NCBI GenBank assembly: GCA_963777505.1
Contig: CAVZQN010000011.1
Coordinates: forward strand, 128,001 to 192,000
Reading direction: 5' to 3'
DNA: 64,000 nucleotides
From: an uncultured bacterium
GTDB lineage: Bacteria > Acidobacteriota > HRBIN11 > JAKEFK01
The notes beneath the pieces are model-generated. The model worked only from the letters and a program-made list of their open reading frames with translations. It did not search any database and had not been told where the DNA came from. Every line of letters begins with the position of its first letter. The first letter of the stretch is position 1. The position numbers and the translations under genes were made by a program. Below, one piece after another: positions 7,408 to 18,315 of the stretch.

Positions 7408-9717
7408 ATGGACCGAATCAAACATAATCTGATACGACTTCGACCTCGTCCGGATACGCTCTATGTCAGCCAGAATCGCACCGTTCTGGCAACTGAAAGG
7501 GATGGTTTTATCGATGAGGGCAGAGAACAGGGATTGTTTGTTCATCAAACGCGACTTCTTTCTCGCTACCGTATTCTCATCAATGGCAAAAGGCCAGTAC
7601 CCGTTGCACTTTCAAACGTAGAACAACATTCGTGGCTTGGCTATTACATTCTTCTTCCTCCCGATCTGAAAGCAGGAAAGCCTGATGAAGGAAGTGGTTT
7701 GCTTGAAGAAATGACTCAAAACGCGCTTGAGATGAGAATCTCAAGATTTGTGAGCGACGGTATTCATGAAGACATCGATCTGACAAATTTCACTCAACAA
7801 CCAACTTCATTCCAACTGACATTAGAAGTCGATGCTGATTTTGCAGATGTTGCCGAAACGAGAGGGCATCGCAAACAATTTGGAGAAATAACCAAACGTT
7901 GGATCCAGGGAAGTGATCATAAATGGCAGCTTGAACTGGACTACATTGCTAGAAACGAAAAAAGCAATGAAGGATTTGTAGAGATTCACAGAGGTTTAAC
8001 TTTCCAAATTGATCGATCTGACTCGCCTCCAATTTATGATATTGATTCGATCACTTTTTCAGTTGAACTCAATCCGCATCAAACATGGCATGCCTGCATC
8101 GATATGATTCCATACATAGATGGTGAACAATTCACAAAACCTCATAACTGCGGTTCCTTAAAGCTCACACACGAATATGATGTACGCCGTCTCATGTTCT
8201 TTTCTGAAGCTACACGCTTTTCAACATTGGAAAGTCAAACACTTTCGTCAGTTGTCATCGGTGCATTGGAGCAGGCAAAAAAGGATCTTGTTGCACTTCG
8301 TCTTTATGATCTCGATTTGCATGATCATGCCTGGATCACAGCCGCCGGGTTGCCGATTTATGTTGCATTATTTGGCCGCGATACGTTGACTGCTTCAATG
8401 CAAAGCGCTCTTGCAAGCACTTCTATGATGCGAGGCACACTCCGCGTCATTGCTGATTTGCAGGGCAAGGAAGTGAATGATTGGCGAGATGAACAGCCTG
8501 GTCGCATGTTACACGAAGCGCATACCGGGCCGCTGGCAATGTTGAATTACAACCCTAGAAGAAGATATTACGGATCGGTAACAACGTCAGGTTTTTATCC
8601 TGTCATCGTTTCCGAATTGTGGCATTGGACGGGTGACAAAGATTTAGTTGCCCCGCTCCTGAAGCCAGCAATGGATGCTTTGAAATGGTTAGATCAATAT
8701 GCGGACATCGATGGTGATGGTTTTTATGAATATCAAACGCATTCTATTCAAGGCGTAAAAAATCAGGGGTGGAAAGATTCTGGAGACGCAATCGTTTATG
8801 AAGATGGAAGTCAGGTCAATCCTCCAATTGCTACCTGCGAAGAACAAGCATTCGCTTTTTTAGCAAAGCTTCATCTTTCGGAAGTGTTGTGGTGGTTTGA
8901 TGAAAGAGAACTGGCAAGGCGCCTTTATCACGAAGCACAAGAATTGAAGAAACGTTTCAATGATTCATTTTGGATGGAAGAGGAAGGTTTTTTCGCGATG
9001 GCGCTCGATCCTGATAAACGGCAAGTAAAATCGATCGGATCCAACGCAGGCCATTGTCTTGCAGCGGGCATTGTGCATGAAGATTTTGTAGCACGAACCG
9101 CTCAGCGATTCGTTGCAGAGGACTTATTTACAGGCTGGGGTATCCGCACACTCTCTTCCCAGCATCCTGCGTATAACCCATACAGTTACCACAGAGGATC
9201 AGTTTGGCCAGTCGAACACGGCACTTTCGCAGTCGGCTTCGCGCGTTATGGATTACATGATTCGCTTCATCTGATTTGTAATGCCCAATTCAATGCAGCG
9301 TCTCTGTTTGATTTTTATCGCTTGCCGGAATTATTCAGCGGACATCAACTGGATGAAGATCATCCTTTTCCTGCAATGTATCCACAAGCCAACTCTCCGC
9401 AAGCATGGTCCGCTTCTACGATCTTTTATTTTGTTCAAGCGATGCTTGGACTCTATCCTTATGCTCCTTTGAAAATTCTGCTTGTTGATCCCTATCTTCC
9501 ATCATGGCTTCCTGAAATAACGCTGCATGACCTTCAGGTGGGAAATGCAAAGGTTTCAATCCGATTCTTTAGGAAAGAAAAAGGGAAGAGCGACTATGAG
9601 ATTCTGCAAAAAAAGGGAACGCTTCATGTTTTCAGGCAACCAAGTCCATGGTCATTGACAGCAAGGTTTGCTGAAAGATTGAAGGATGCTTTAACAAGTT
9701 TGCTTCCAGGAAAATAA
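7408..9717 (+). CDS. amylo-alpha-1,6-glucosidase / glycogen debranching family protein
   Basis: AGLPxYxALFGRD, EQPGRMLHE, NQGWKDSGD, SYHRGSVWP, RLPELF, PQAWS motifs. Confidence 0.9.
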   Translation: MDRIKHNLIRLRPRPDTLYVSQNRTVLATERDGFIDEGREQGLFVHQTRLLSRYRILINGKRPVPVALSNVEQHSWLGYYILLPPDLKAGKPDEGSGLLEEMTQNALEMRISRFVSDGIHEDIDLTNFTQQPTSFQLTLEVDADFADVAETRGHRKQFGEITKRWIQGSDHKWQLELDYIARNEKSNEGFVEIHRGLTFQIDRSDSPPIYDIDSITFSVELNPHQTWHACIDMIPYIDGEQFTKPHNCGSLKLTHEYDVRRLMFFSEATRFSTLESQTLSSVVIGALEQAKKDLVALRLYDLDLHDHAWITAAGLPIYVALFGRDTLTASMQSALASTSMMRGTLRVIADLQGKEVNDWRDEQPGRMLHEAHTGPLAMLNYNPRRRYYGSVTTSGFYPVIVSELWHWTGDKDLVAPLLKPAMDALKWLDQYADIDGDGFYEYQTHSIQGVKNQGWKDSGDAIVYEDGSQVNPPIATCEEQAFAFLAKLHLSEVLWWFDERELARRLYHEAQELKKRFNDSFWMEEEGFFAMALDPDKRQVKSIGSNAGHCLAAGIVHEDFVARTAQRFVAEDLFTGWGIRTLSSQHPAYNPYSYHRGSVWPVEHGTFAVGFARYGLHDSLHLICNAQFNAASLFDFYRLPELFSGHQLDEDHPFPAMYPQANSPQAWSASTIFYFVQAMLGLYPYAPLKILLVDPYLPSWLPEITLHDLQVGNAKVSIRFFRKEKGKSDYEILQKKGTLHVFRQPSPWSLTARFAERLKDALTSLLPGK

Positions 9718-9730
9718 AGGAGAATGCAAA

Positions 9731-9766
9731 ACCGCAGAGTCACGGAGAACTCTGTGACTCTGCGGT
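9731..9766. repeat. palindromic repeat between convergent genes (ACCGCAGAG-type), may also act as terminator
   Basis: ACCGCAGAGTCAC ... GTGACTCTGCGGT. Confidence 0.75.
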
Positions 9767-9770
9767 GAGC

Positions 9771-11492
9771 CTAGTACTTCCAGCTTTTTAGATCGGCTCC
9801 GGCGGGCGCAGATTGCTCGATGCGCTTCAAAATTTTGGGCAGATACATTGTGTTGTAACGGAGCCGTGAAATGTAATTCGGATTTTCGTGATCTCCATTC
9901 CAGCAATGTTCTGCGCGATCTCCATAATCCACTTCACCTGCATAATATGGATCTTTCGTTTTCTCCAGGAAGTCTTCCATCAGATAAACTGCATTATTCA
10001 AATAATAGTTATCCATGTCGCCGCAGTAGATGAAAAGTTTCCCCGTCAATTTCGGACCGAGTGTTTTCCAATCTCGCTCCAAAATGTAGCGCAGGTCATA
10101 CTTTTCTTGCCAGTATTTTGCGACATCAGGATCGATTTCGCCGGTGAGTTTATTGAAAATCGGCTTCGGATACCCGTCTTTGCCTTGTGGTGAATAAACG
10201 GCTTCCCAAATATCAAATTGCTGTCCGGATCTGCTTTTTGTTCCAAGGGCGAGTTCGCGATGATTCATTTGCTCTACGGTTGCATCAAGCTGACCAAGAT
10301 AATTACGATGCCCCGGCCGCATCAGTGTTTTGAATTGACTATCATAGCGGTACGCATTTTTGTTTTTGTAGATATCGATTGTTGTATAGGCGCGAAAGTC
10401 GATAGGATCGGGACACGCAACGAATGCTCCATTGTATTCGTCTGGATAAAACATCTGAACTGCGAGAGCTTCCCAGCCACCAGTTGAGCCACCATATACA
10501 AAACGTGCCCAGGGTTGTCCGATTGCACGAAATGTTTTTTCAATATGTGGAATCAATTCATAGGTGATTGCATCTCCATACGGACCAATGTTTGCAGAGT
10601 TCACAGCATAGGAATCATCGTAGTAAGGATTTGCATGTTGAATCTCCAACACAAGATAGCGCGGATGATCCTTGCTAATCCATTGTTTGTAAAAGTTGTG
10701 AGCCTCCTCTTGCTGAATCTTGTTGTAACCATGAAGATTGAAGCGTTCACTGAAATCTGGTTTTAGATTGGGATCAGGAGGTTCTGTGCGAAATCCGCCA
10801 ATATCCGCCGGGAAGTGGCCATGAAAAATCATGAGCGGGTAACGTGCTTCTGGATGTTCATCAAAACCTTCCGGTACCAACACGTGAGCTCCAAGGTAAA
10901 CGGGACGCCCCCAGAACTCTGATAGTTTCTCGCTCTTGATTTTCAGATGCCTTATATATTTCGTATCCTTCGGTTCTTCAATCGGTGGAATTTTTTGATC
11001 CATCACAATTCTGATGCTTTCTGTCTTGCCGGGATCGATCCGGATTTTCACGGGCTTACTATGAAAATTGCCAGGTTTTGTGTTCCATTGCTGACCTTCT
11101 CCCATTTCGGGCGGGAGCTTTACTGAATGTCCTGACTTTAAATTGAATGTCTCATAACGGTTGATGAGGGCTTGTACAAAATATTCTCCGGCCGGAACAT
11201 TTTTTAAACTTTGAATAGGATATCCAAAAGCAGTTGAATCGATTATTTTGTCTGCTCCTGGTTGCATCCCATCGACATCGATTCCGTACACAAGCTGAGT
11301 ATCAAGAGCGTCCGTAATTTGCATTCGTGGTTCTTCGGAGGCATCTACGGAAAGCATTAAAAGCAGTCTCCCATCCAAAGGTTTGTCGCTCAATTCCTTA
11401 GAAAAAGAAACAGCGAATTGCAGTTGAGATTCAGCTTGAAGGTTGACGCAAATCGCAAATAGAAATACTAAGCATGTACAGGTCAGCTTCAT
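9771..11492 (-). CDS. secreted alpha/beta-hydrolase-fold esterase-like protein
   Basis: Signal peptide; YPLMIFHGHF; nucleophile elbow GGSTGGW; GDMDNYYL; EHCW; AAGGAG RBS. Confidence 0.8.
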   Translation of the reverse strand: MKLTCTCLVFLFAICVNLQAESQLQFAVSFSKELSDKPLDGRLLLMLSVDASEEPRMQITDALDTQLVYGIDVDGMQPGADKIIDSTAFGYPIQSLKNVPAGEYFVQALINRYETFNLKSGHSVKLPPEMGEGQQWNTKPGNFHSKPVKIRIDPGKTESIRIVMDQKIPPIEEPKDTKYIRHLKIKSEKLSEFWGRPVYLGAHVLVPEGFDEHPEARYPLMIFHGHFPADIGGFRTEPPDPNLKPDFSERFNLHGYNKIQQEEAHNFYKQWISKDHPRYLVLEIQHANPYYDDSYAVNSANIGPYGDAITYELIPHIEKTFRAIGQPWARFVYGGSTGGWEALAVQMFYPDEYNGAFVACPDPIDFRAYTTIDIYKNKNAYRYDSQFKTLMRPGHRNYLGQLDATVEQMNHRELALGTKSRSGQQFDIWEAVYSPQGKDGYPKPIFNKLTGEIDPDVAKYWQEKYDLRYILERDWKTLGPKLTGKLFIYCGDMDNYYLNNAVYLMEDFLEKTKDPYYAGEVDYGDRAEHCWNGDHENPNYISRLRYNTMYLPKILKRIEQSAPAGADLKSWKY

Positions 11493-11514
11493 GGATGCTC
11501 CTTCGTAATTTCTG

Positions 11515-11587
11515 GTAGGGGCGGGCTTTATGCCCGCCCGTCAAGATACTAACGGAAGCGAAGGGCGGCCACAAGGGCCGCCCCTAC
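11515..11587. repeat. GTAG-type REP doublet
   Basis: GTAGGGGCGGGCTTTATGCCCGCCC ... GGGCGGCCACAAGGGCCGCCCCTAC. Confidence 0.85.
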
Positions 11588-11603
11588 AGAGTTCCTTATC
11601 TAT

Positions 11604-12104
11604 TTATGGTGTTACGGTTCCGTTTGAGTTTACGCTAAAGGAAAGTCCTGGTTCAGTTCCGTTTCCAGGAGTGCCAACAACATTTGTGAGACGTACAGCA
11701 TTTGCAAAAATATTCGTAGTAACTGCACCATTAGGATCCGAATCGCATTCATTTGGATCGTTGACTCGGAAAGATAAAACCTGATCAACAGGAACATCAG
11801 AATATGAAAATTCCCAACGATCGGCGCCCTGCGCATTTAAGTTAGATGCGGCAAAGCCTCGCCAGCTTGCATGAATGTGTGTATTGCCAACAGCGCGTAC
11901 ACAAACTGGGAATCGATCGGCTACAGATTGATCCAAAGCAGTTGGCGCTTGATATACGATTGTGACATTTACCATTGTTGGTTGATTAGATGTGGAGTCT
12001 TCGCGGCAACTGAATAGGCCTAATGCAAGAATTAAATAAAGCCTTTTGTTATTGAGCTTTCCCCAGAGTGTCCTTGATTTCTTGAAGAATTGAATCAACG
12101 GCAA
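11604..12104 (-). CDS. hypothetical lipoprotein
   Basis: [14 protein letters not shown] lipobox-like signal; start uncertain because the given TTG overlaps the proS 3' end. Confidence 0.65.
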   Translation of the reverse strand: MPLIQFFKKSRTLWGKLNNKRLYLILALGLFSCREDSTSNQPTMVNVTIVYQAPTALDQSVADRFPVCVRAVGNTHIHASWRGFAASNLNAQGADRWEFSYSDVPVDQVLSFRVNDPNECDSDPNGAVTTNIFANAVRLTNVVGTPGNGTEPGLSFSVNSNGTVTP

Positions 12105-13758
12105 CCTCTTTTGTCTGCCGATCTTTGCGTGAAAATAATTCTACGCGTCCTTCTTTCAATTTATTTCCTATTGTAACTCTATATGGAATGCCGATTAGAT
12201 CAGCATCCTTAAACTTTACTCCTGGACGTTCTTCGCGGTCATCAAGCAGGACATCGAATCCCGCCGAAAGAAGTTGTTCAAACAAATTGAGTGCCGTTGT
12301 TTTTTGGGCTTCATCATTGAGATTCGCCGGTGTCACAATAATCTGGAAAGGGGCTATTGAAAGCGGCCATTTGATTCCAACTTCATCATTAAATAGTTCA
12401 ACAGCAGCTGCCAAAATTCTTCCAAGTCCAATACCATAACTTCCCATGATGATTGGCACTTCTTTTCCTTCTGCATTCAGGACCTTCGCTCCAAGTGCTT
12501 CGCTGTATCGAGTCCCTAGTTTGAAGATGTGACCAATTTCGATTGCGCGATCAACGCGCAAGATCCCATCACAGTTGGGACATCCTTCGCCAGAAGCGAC
12601 AGTTCTCAGATCTATCCATTTTGCTGCTGCGATGTCACGTTCCATTGAGACACCGCGAAGATGGAAGTCATCCTTGTTTGCGCCGGTTGTCATATTGGTT
12701 CGGCCGCGAAGCGAATGATCTGCGTAAATCGGGACATGCTTCAAACCGACCGCACCTAACGAACCAGGAAGCGCTCCAAGTAATTCACGAATTTCTTCAG
12801 GACGCGCAGCGCGTACTTCAACTGCTCCTGCTGCAGCTGCGAGTTTTGTTTCATTTAAAGGATGATCACCGCGCAATAGCGCAAGCACAATTTGTCCATC
12901 CGCAACGTAAACGAGTGTCTTAATCTGACGGTTAGCGGCAGCACCGCCTTTAAAAACTGTGAGATCTTCAATGGTTCGTACACCAGGCGTTGGAAATTCT
13001 TCAGGACTATCGGGACCATTTTCATCAACAATTTCAGGCAGACGCGAAGTTGCCTTTTCAGTATTTGCCGCATATTTACACTTCGGACACGTTGCAATCC
13101 AATCTTCACCTGCATCGGAATAAACCATGAATTCTGTTGATTGACTTCCTCCCATTGCTCCAGAGGAAGCTTCCACCATCACATATTCAAGGCCGCATCG
13201 ATCATAGATTCTGCAATAGGCATCACGATGCGATTCAAAGGAGCGATCCAGACCTTCTTGTGTTGCATCAAATGAATAAGAATCCTTCATGATAAATTCG
13301 CGTACCCGCAAAATTCCTGACTTCGGACGAGCTTCATCACGAAACTTTGTTTGAATTTGATACCAGATTTGAGGTAATTGTTTGTAGGATCGCACTTCAT
13401 CGCGGGCAATTTGAGTAAATACTTCTTCATGCGTCATACCCAAACATAGATCCGATCCTTTTCGGTCTTTTAACCGGAACATGTTTTCACCCATGATTTC
13501 CCAGCGTCCTGATTCTTTCCATAATTCTGCAGGATTTAATGCAGGAAGAAGGAATTCCTGTGCGCCAATTTCATTCATACCATTGCGCACAATCTGTGTG
13601 ATTTTCAAAAGGACACGATGAGCAAGGGGCAAATAGGAATAAACACCCGCTGTTAGCTGACGCACATATCCGGCACGCAGCAAAAGTCTATGGCTCACAG
13701 CTTCAGCTGCAACAGGGTCTTCTCTCAGGGTAGGGATGAATAATTGTGTCCAACGCAT
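12049..13758 (-). CDS. proS: proline--tRNA ligase (with INS editing domain)
   Basis: [67 protein letters not shown]. Confidence 0.98.
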   Translation of the reverse strand: MRWTQLFIPTLREDPVAAEAVSHRLLLRAGYVRQLTAGVYSYLPLAHRVLLKITQIVRNGMNEIGAQEFLLPALNPAELWKESGRWEIMGENMFRLKDRKGSDLCLGMTHEEVFTQIARDEVRSYKQLPQIWYQIQTKFRDEARPKSGILRVREFIMKDSYSFDATQEGLDRSFESHRDAYCRIYDRCGLEYVMVEASSGAMGGSQSTEFMVYSDAGEDWIATCPKCKYAANTEKATSRLPEIVDENGPDSPEEFPTPGVRTIEDLTVFKGGAAANRQIKTLVYVADGQIVLALLRGDHPLNETKLAAAAGAVEVRAARPEEIRELLGALPGSLGAVGLKHVPIYADHSLRGRTNMTTGANKDDFHLRGVSMERDIAAAKWIDLRTVASGEGCPNCDGILRVDRAIEIGHIFKLGTRYSEALGAKVLNAEGKEVPIIMGSYGIGLGRILAAAVELFNDEVGIKWPLSIAPFQIIVTPANLNDEAQKTTALNLFEQLLSAGFDVLLDDREERPGVKFKDADLIGIPYRVTIGNKLKEGRVELFSRKDRQTKEVAVDSILQEIKDTLGKAQ

Positions 13759-13841
13759 AACCAAGGAATGATGAATTGCAGCAGTCGTATTGTCAAGTTA
13801 GCGTTTTGTACAGCCGGCATCTTGCCGGCTCCTAAAAAACA

Positions 13842-14096
13842 AACCGCAGAGGCGCAAAGTGCCTATTCCTTGTCTTTTTCTTCCTTTTCTTTTTTAATGG
13901 TTTCTGCGTCGACAGATTTTTTCTCATGTGACGGTTCAGCAGGCCATTTTCCTCCTTGTTTTGCAACTTCGCGTTCCTTAATCAACTCAGATGATTCTTT
14001 CACTATACCCGCCGACGTAACCTTTCGATCTTTTTCAGACATTTGTACTCCTTGTGCAGTCTTCAAATATATATTCTCTATTGCGTCTTTGCGGTT
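13842..14096. repeat. pair of inverted repeat arms bracketing a small gene
   Basis: AACCGCAGAGGCGCAA (13842-13857) and TTGCGTCTTTGCGGTT (14081-14096), 14 of 16 complementary. Confidence 0.6.
13863..14042 (-). CDS. small highly charged hypothetical protein (59 aa)
   Basis: AAGGAG-TACAA-ATG start at 14042; K/E-rich. Confidence 0.6.
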   Translation of the reverse strand: MSEKDRKVTSAGIVKESSELIKEREVAKQGGKWPAEPSHEKKSVDAETIKKEKEEKDKE

Positions 14097-15313
14097 GAGC
14101 TAAAGATTAATTTACCCCCACGCACAGTATGCCGTACATCTGCAAAAGCCTTCACATTTTTCGCTGGATCTTGAGCGAGAACAACAACATCAGCATCCAT
14201 GCCTGGAGCAATTTTCCCGCGTTGGTTTGATTCATTGAAACGTGCAGCTGGTTCTGTTGTTAGTGATGCCAGAATTTGATTCCAGGTTAACCCGGCCGCT
14301 GACATAAATTCATATTCCTGGGCCGGATTGTAATCCGGCATATATCCGACATCAGTTCCGAAAAGGATTTGACCTCCAGCTGCAGAAAAATCGCCCACTT
14401 CTTTTAAAATGAATTTGAAGTATTCCGGTCCGCTGAAAAGTTTTAACGTTGGTATCATCGACATATTGTTTTCTTTCATTCGTTTTGCATGTTCAAGAGT
14501 CCATCCGCGATCATCATCCAGTGCGTGAGCGATTACATCCACTTTAGCGGCAAGTGCAACTTCAAGTCCGGCAACATTTGAAGCGTGAGCAAAAACAAGT
14601 TTTCCCTGATCATGTGCTTTTTTCGCAGCGGCTGTGGCACTATCAATCTGCATGGGTAAAACTTCACCCCGTTTGACCCAGGAACCTGTAAATAGTTTGA
14701 TGATGTCTGCGCCTGCCTTGATACGCTGATCGGCTAATTCAGATGCTTCGGCTGGAGTTGCCGGTGTGGAAAGCTGCGCAAGAATCTGCGGTGGAAGATC
14801 TTTCAAATAATATGGAATGCCATTCAATGGATAAAAGGCACCTCCCGCTGTCAGAATTCGCGGCCCTGAGATTTCGTTTGATTGAATCCGTTTTCGGAGA
14901 GCGTTCGTGTTTTCTAACGCAGATGCTGTATCCACAACCGTAGTGAAGCCATATCGCGTCAACATTTCTTGCAATTGTTGATTCAATTTTCCCGCCGGTT
15001 GCTTTGCTGCATCCGCCCACTTGTCTTCAGTAAAGTGAACATGACTGTTTTGAAACCCAGCCGTAATGAACATTCCGGTGCAATCAATGGATGTTGCACC
15101 TTCCGGCAATTTGATTTGATCTTTTGAACCGACCGATAAGATTTTCCCTCCTTCAATGACAATTACAGCGTTTGAAATCGGTTTATCAGTTGGAGATGGA
15201 TAGATCGTTCCGCCACTGAGTACAAGTGTGTTTGAAGGATTGGAATTAATGTTGTATGCGAATAATAGCAATAGAAACGTGTAAAACTTAATGCTTTTTA
15301 ACCGCAAAGACAC
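14078..15313 (-). CDS. amidohydrolase family protein, probably exported
   Basis: GFQNSHVH metal motif, GADIIKLF, FAHA, IAHA, ILFGTD, GKIAPGMDAD; start uncertain (lies inside a repeat arm). Confidence 0.88.
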   Translation of the reverse strand: MSLRLKSIKFYTFLLLLFAYNINSNPSNTLVLSGGTIYPSPTDKPISNAVIVIEGGKILSVGSKDQIKLPEGATSIDCTGMFITAGFQNSHVHFTEDKWADAAKQPAGKLNQQLQEMLTRYGFTTVVDTASALENTNALRKRIQSNEISGPRILTAGGAFYPLNGIPYYLKDLPPQILAQLSTPATPAEASELADQRIKAGADIIKLFTGSWVKRGEVLPMQIDSATAAAKKAHDQGKLVFAHASNVAGLEVALAAKVDVIAHALDDDRGWTLEHAKRMKENNMSMIPTLKLFSGPEYFKFILKEVGDFSAAGGQILFGTDVGYMPDYNPAQEYEFMSAAGLTWNQILASLTTEPAARFNESNQRGKIAPGMDADVVVLAQDPAKNVKAFADVRHTVRGGKLIFSSTAKTQ

Positions 15314-15322
15314 AAAGCCATC

Positions 15323-18253
15323 CTAACGCGAAGGGATTGTAACTATCAGTTCTGTACCCTTTTCTTGACTGCTATTTATTTCAAAAATTCCATTAAGTTG
15401 CGATACGCGTTCGCGCATTCCAAGCAATCCGAAATGACCACTTGGTGCAGGAGAACTTACATCAAATCCAACTCCATCATCTTTAATCTTGATCCGAACT
15501 TCATTCGCACCATAGACCAATTCGACAAATACTGATTTAGCCTTGCTGTGTTTGACGCAATTCGAAATTGCTTCCTGCCCGATTCGAAGTAAATTTTCTT
15601 CTAACCCATCTGCCAATTTGCGCGGCGTTCCGGAAATTTTTACATCAGCAGTTAGGGGTGAGTTTGATGTAATTTTTTTCACTTCTTCTGACAGCGCTGC
15701 TGGCAGGGCGGAACTTTCTAATGCTTGAGGTCTCAGCGCCCAAACTGTTCGCCGAGCTTCATTCAAACTTTCCTTCGCTAAAGTTTGCACTCGTTTCAAG
15801 TGTTGATTTGATTGCATAGGGATTCCTGCTTCTTCTGCTGCCTCCAATTGCAACAAAATTCCTGTGAATCCCTGAGCAAGTGTGTCATGAATCTCGCGTG
15901 CCATTCGCGAACGCTCAGCAAGCACCGCTGAAAATTCAGCGCGCACTTTTCTTAATCGCATCCTGTACAAAGCCCACGCGAGAGCCATCGCTGCGGCAAC
16001 GCATAGTGCAAAAAACCAACCAGTTTGGTAAAAGAATGGCTTCAACTTAAATGGAAGGACAGCGCCAGATTCATTCCAGATTCCATCGTTATTGGAGGCT
16101 ACGACTTTAAAACGATAATTACCAGGCGGAATATTCGTGTAATATGCCACACGCCTGTTCATCGCGGTTACCCATGAACGGTCAAAACCTTCCAGCATGT
16201 ATTTAAATTGCACTTTATCAGGAACGACATAGCTCAGTGCAGCATAATGAAATTCAAATTTTTCCTGACCCGGTGGAAGAACGGTTAAATTCTTGACACG
16301 ATCTGTAGCTTCTTTTCCATCTGCAATCATTTTTTCAATATACGTTGGAGGTGGAACTTTATTTCGCTTCATACTTGAAGGATCTACCACTGCAGCACCA
16401 CGGATTGTTGGAAACCAGAGTTTACCATCCGCCGATTTCCATGCACCAGGTTGATACCCACCATTGCATTCGCTATTTCTGATTCCATCAGAGGTACCAT
16501 AGGATCGATACGGAATTGCAGAAATTTTGTTCGCAGTAAAATCGTTCAGGTCGCTTTTGCTAACGCTGAACAGACCTCGATTGCTCGACATCCATAAATT
16601 TCCATTGTCGTCATCCAGAATCTGGTGAATCAAATCGTCAAACAATCCGTTCTGACGTTTGTAATATGCAAATTTTCCATTCTGGAAACGATTGAGTCCA
16701 CCGCCGCGAGTGCCGATCCACAAAACTCCATCACGATCCATGTACATTGATAAAATTTGATCGTGAGATAAACCTTGCTTTGTTGTGTATGCGGTGAATT
16801 TTCCATCTTTGAAATGATTCAATCCACTCCCTTCAGTTGCGATCCATAAGCTTCCATCTTTGTCTTGCAAAATCGCATGAATTAGTCTGCTTGATGTTGT
16901 ATCGCCGATTGGATAAAGCTTGAACTCGCCATCTTTGAAATAGGTTAAGCCCGATCCTTCAACTCCCAGCCAAATACCGCCATCACGATCTTCTAAAATC
17001 GACCAGATATAGTTTGAACCGAGTCCATCCTTGTCCGTATACGTTTTGCATTTGCCATCTTTGCATTGATTCAATCCGTATCCGCCTGTTCCTGCCCAGA
17101 GATTCCCTTTGCTGTCTTCAAAAACACACCAGACGTTGTCACTTGAAAGGCCGTTTTTTGTTGTGATACTCAGAAATTTTCCATCTCGTTGTCTTTTGAT
17201 GACTCCGCCTTCAGTGCCAAACCAGATATCTTGATTTTGGTTTCCATAGATGGACCAAATTTTATCGTGCGCCATTCCTTCTTCAATTCCATACGTAACA
17301 AAATTTCCGTCATTCAGTCTGTTGATACCGCCACCTGTTGTTCCAACCCAAAGACTTCCTTCCGGATCTTCATGTAAGGCCCAGATAAAATCGCTTGAAA
17401 GTCCTTGCTGTTTTGTAAACGCTGAAAACTTTCCTTGATCGTAGCGATACAACCCAACCCCGTTTGTTCCGATCCATAAATTTCCATCCCGGTCTTCCAG
17501 CATTGCTGGAACAGCGTGATCTGCCAAACCTTTATGTACGGCCTTGCCATTTTCCAGCAAATACACGCCGTTGATTGTGCCTATCCAAATATTTTTCTGG
17601 CTATCTTCTAAGAGGGAGAGTATTCCGCGCAATTCTGTATGTGCTGTCAGCTTCTCGTCTTTGAAGCGATTCAAGCCCCTCATGGTTCCGAACCAGAGAT
17701 CGCCACTGTCATCCATCAGAATTGAGGAAACTGCGTTGTTTAGAAGTCCGTTGTCGGTGTTGAAATGTTGAATGTTTCCATTTTTGGAGCTTTGGATTCG
17801 ATATAATCCTCCGCCATAAGTGCCGATCCAAAAGTCGCCTTTTTTGTCCCGAATCATTGGCCAAATGTTTCCATCCATTTTGTTTTGTTCAAACGGCTGA
17901 AATTTACCGTTCTTATAATGGATAATTCCACCGCCATACGTTCCGATCCAGAGTGTGCCTTCCGGATCTTCCATCAGACTTTGAACATAATTTTGTTGAA
18001 AAGCCGGTGTGTTGTATTTGTCGAAAATTGTAAATTTTATACCGTCAAAACGAACCAATCCTTCTTCTGTTCCAAACCACAAATACCCATCCCTGGTCTG
18101 TTCGATGCTCACTGCTGAACTTTGAGGCAAACCATCTTCGACTTGCCAGGTGTCACGAACGTATTGTGAAATTGCTTTGTTTGGATTAAGAGCAAAAGAA
18201 CTGTTGGCTAGCATCAAGATCCCTGCGCTTATGACGAGCAAATGGTATCTCAT
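15323..18253 (-). CDS. sensor histidine kinase: beta-propeller (Reg_prop) repeats, Y_Y_Y domain, HisKA_3 and HATPase
   Basis: Repeated EDxxGxLWIGT units; YYTNIPPGNYRF; TM helix; ERSRMAREIHDTLAQ; QEAISNCVKH; DDGVGF; FGLLGMRER. Confidence 0.93.
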   Translation of the reverse strand: MRYHLLVISAGILMLANSSFALNPNKAISQYVRDTWQVEDGLPQSSAVSIEQTRDGYLWFGTEEGLVRFDGIKFTIFDKYNTPAFQQNYVQSLMEDPEGTLWIGTYGGGIIHYKNGKFQPFEQNKMDGNIWPMIRDKKGDFWIGTYGGGLYRIQSSKNGNIQHFNTDNGLLNNAVSSILMDDSGDLWFGTMRGLNRFKDEKLTAHTELRGILSLLEDSQKNIWIGTINGVYLLENGKAVHKGLADHAVPAMLEDRDGNLWIGTNGVGLYRYDQGKFSAFTKQQGLSSDFIWALHEDPEGSLWVGTTGGGINRLNDGNFVTYGIEEGMAHDKIWSIYGNQNQDIWFGTEGGVIKRQRDGKFLSITTKNGLSSDNVWCVFEDSKGNLWAGTGGYGLNQCKDGKCKTYTDKDGLGSNYIWSILEDRDGGIWLGVEGSGLTYFKDGEFKLYPIGDTTSSRLIHAILQDKDGSLWIATEGSGLNHFKDGKFTAYTTKQGLSHDQILSMYMDRDGVLWIGTRGGGLNRFQNGKFAYYKRQNGLFDDLIHQILDDDNGNLWMSSNRGLFSVSKSDLNDFTANKISAIPYRSYGTSDGIRNSECNGGYQPGAWKSADGKLWFPTIRGAAVVDPSSMKRNKVPPPTYIEKMIADGKEATDRVKNLTVLPPGQEKFEFHYAALSYVVPDKVQFKYMLEGFDRSWVTAMNRRVAYYTNIPPGNYRFKVVASNNDGIWNESGAVLPFKLKPFFYQTGWFFALCVAAAMALAWALYRMRLRKVRAEFSAVLAERSRMAREIHDTLAQGFTGILLQLEAAEEAGIPMQSNQHLKRVQTLAKESLNEARRTVWALRPQALESSALPAALSEEVKKITSNSPLTADVKISGTPRKLADGLEENLLRIGQEAISNCVKHSKAKSVFVELVYGANEVRIKIKDDGVGFDVSSPAPSGHFGLLGMRERVSQLNGIFEINSSQEKGTELIVTIPSR

Positions 18254-18315
18254 GACTCAGTATCTCTGTGGTGAAGAATATATGATGTTAAAATATTGGA
18301 AAAGGGGGGCACTTT

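Noticed and set aside
11530-11784. Short ORFs at 11530, 30555, 32223, 35203, 35405 and 44854
   Set aside because: They are translations of palindromic repeats or antisense to real genes.
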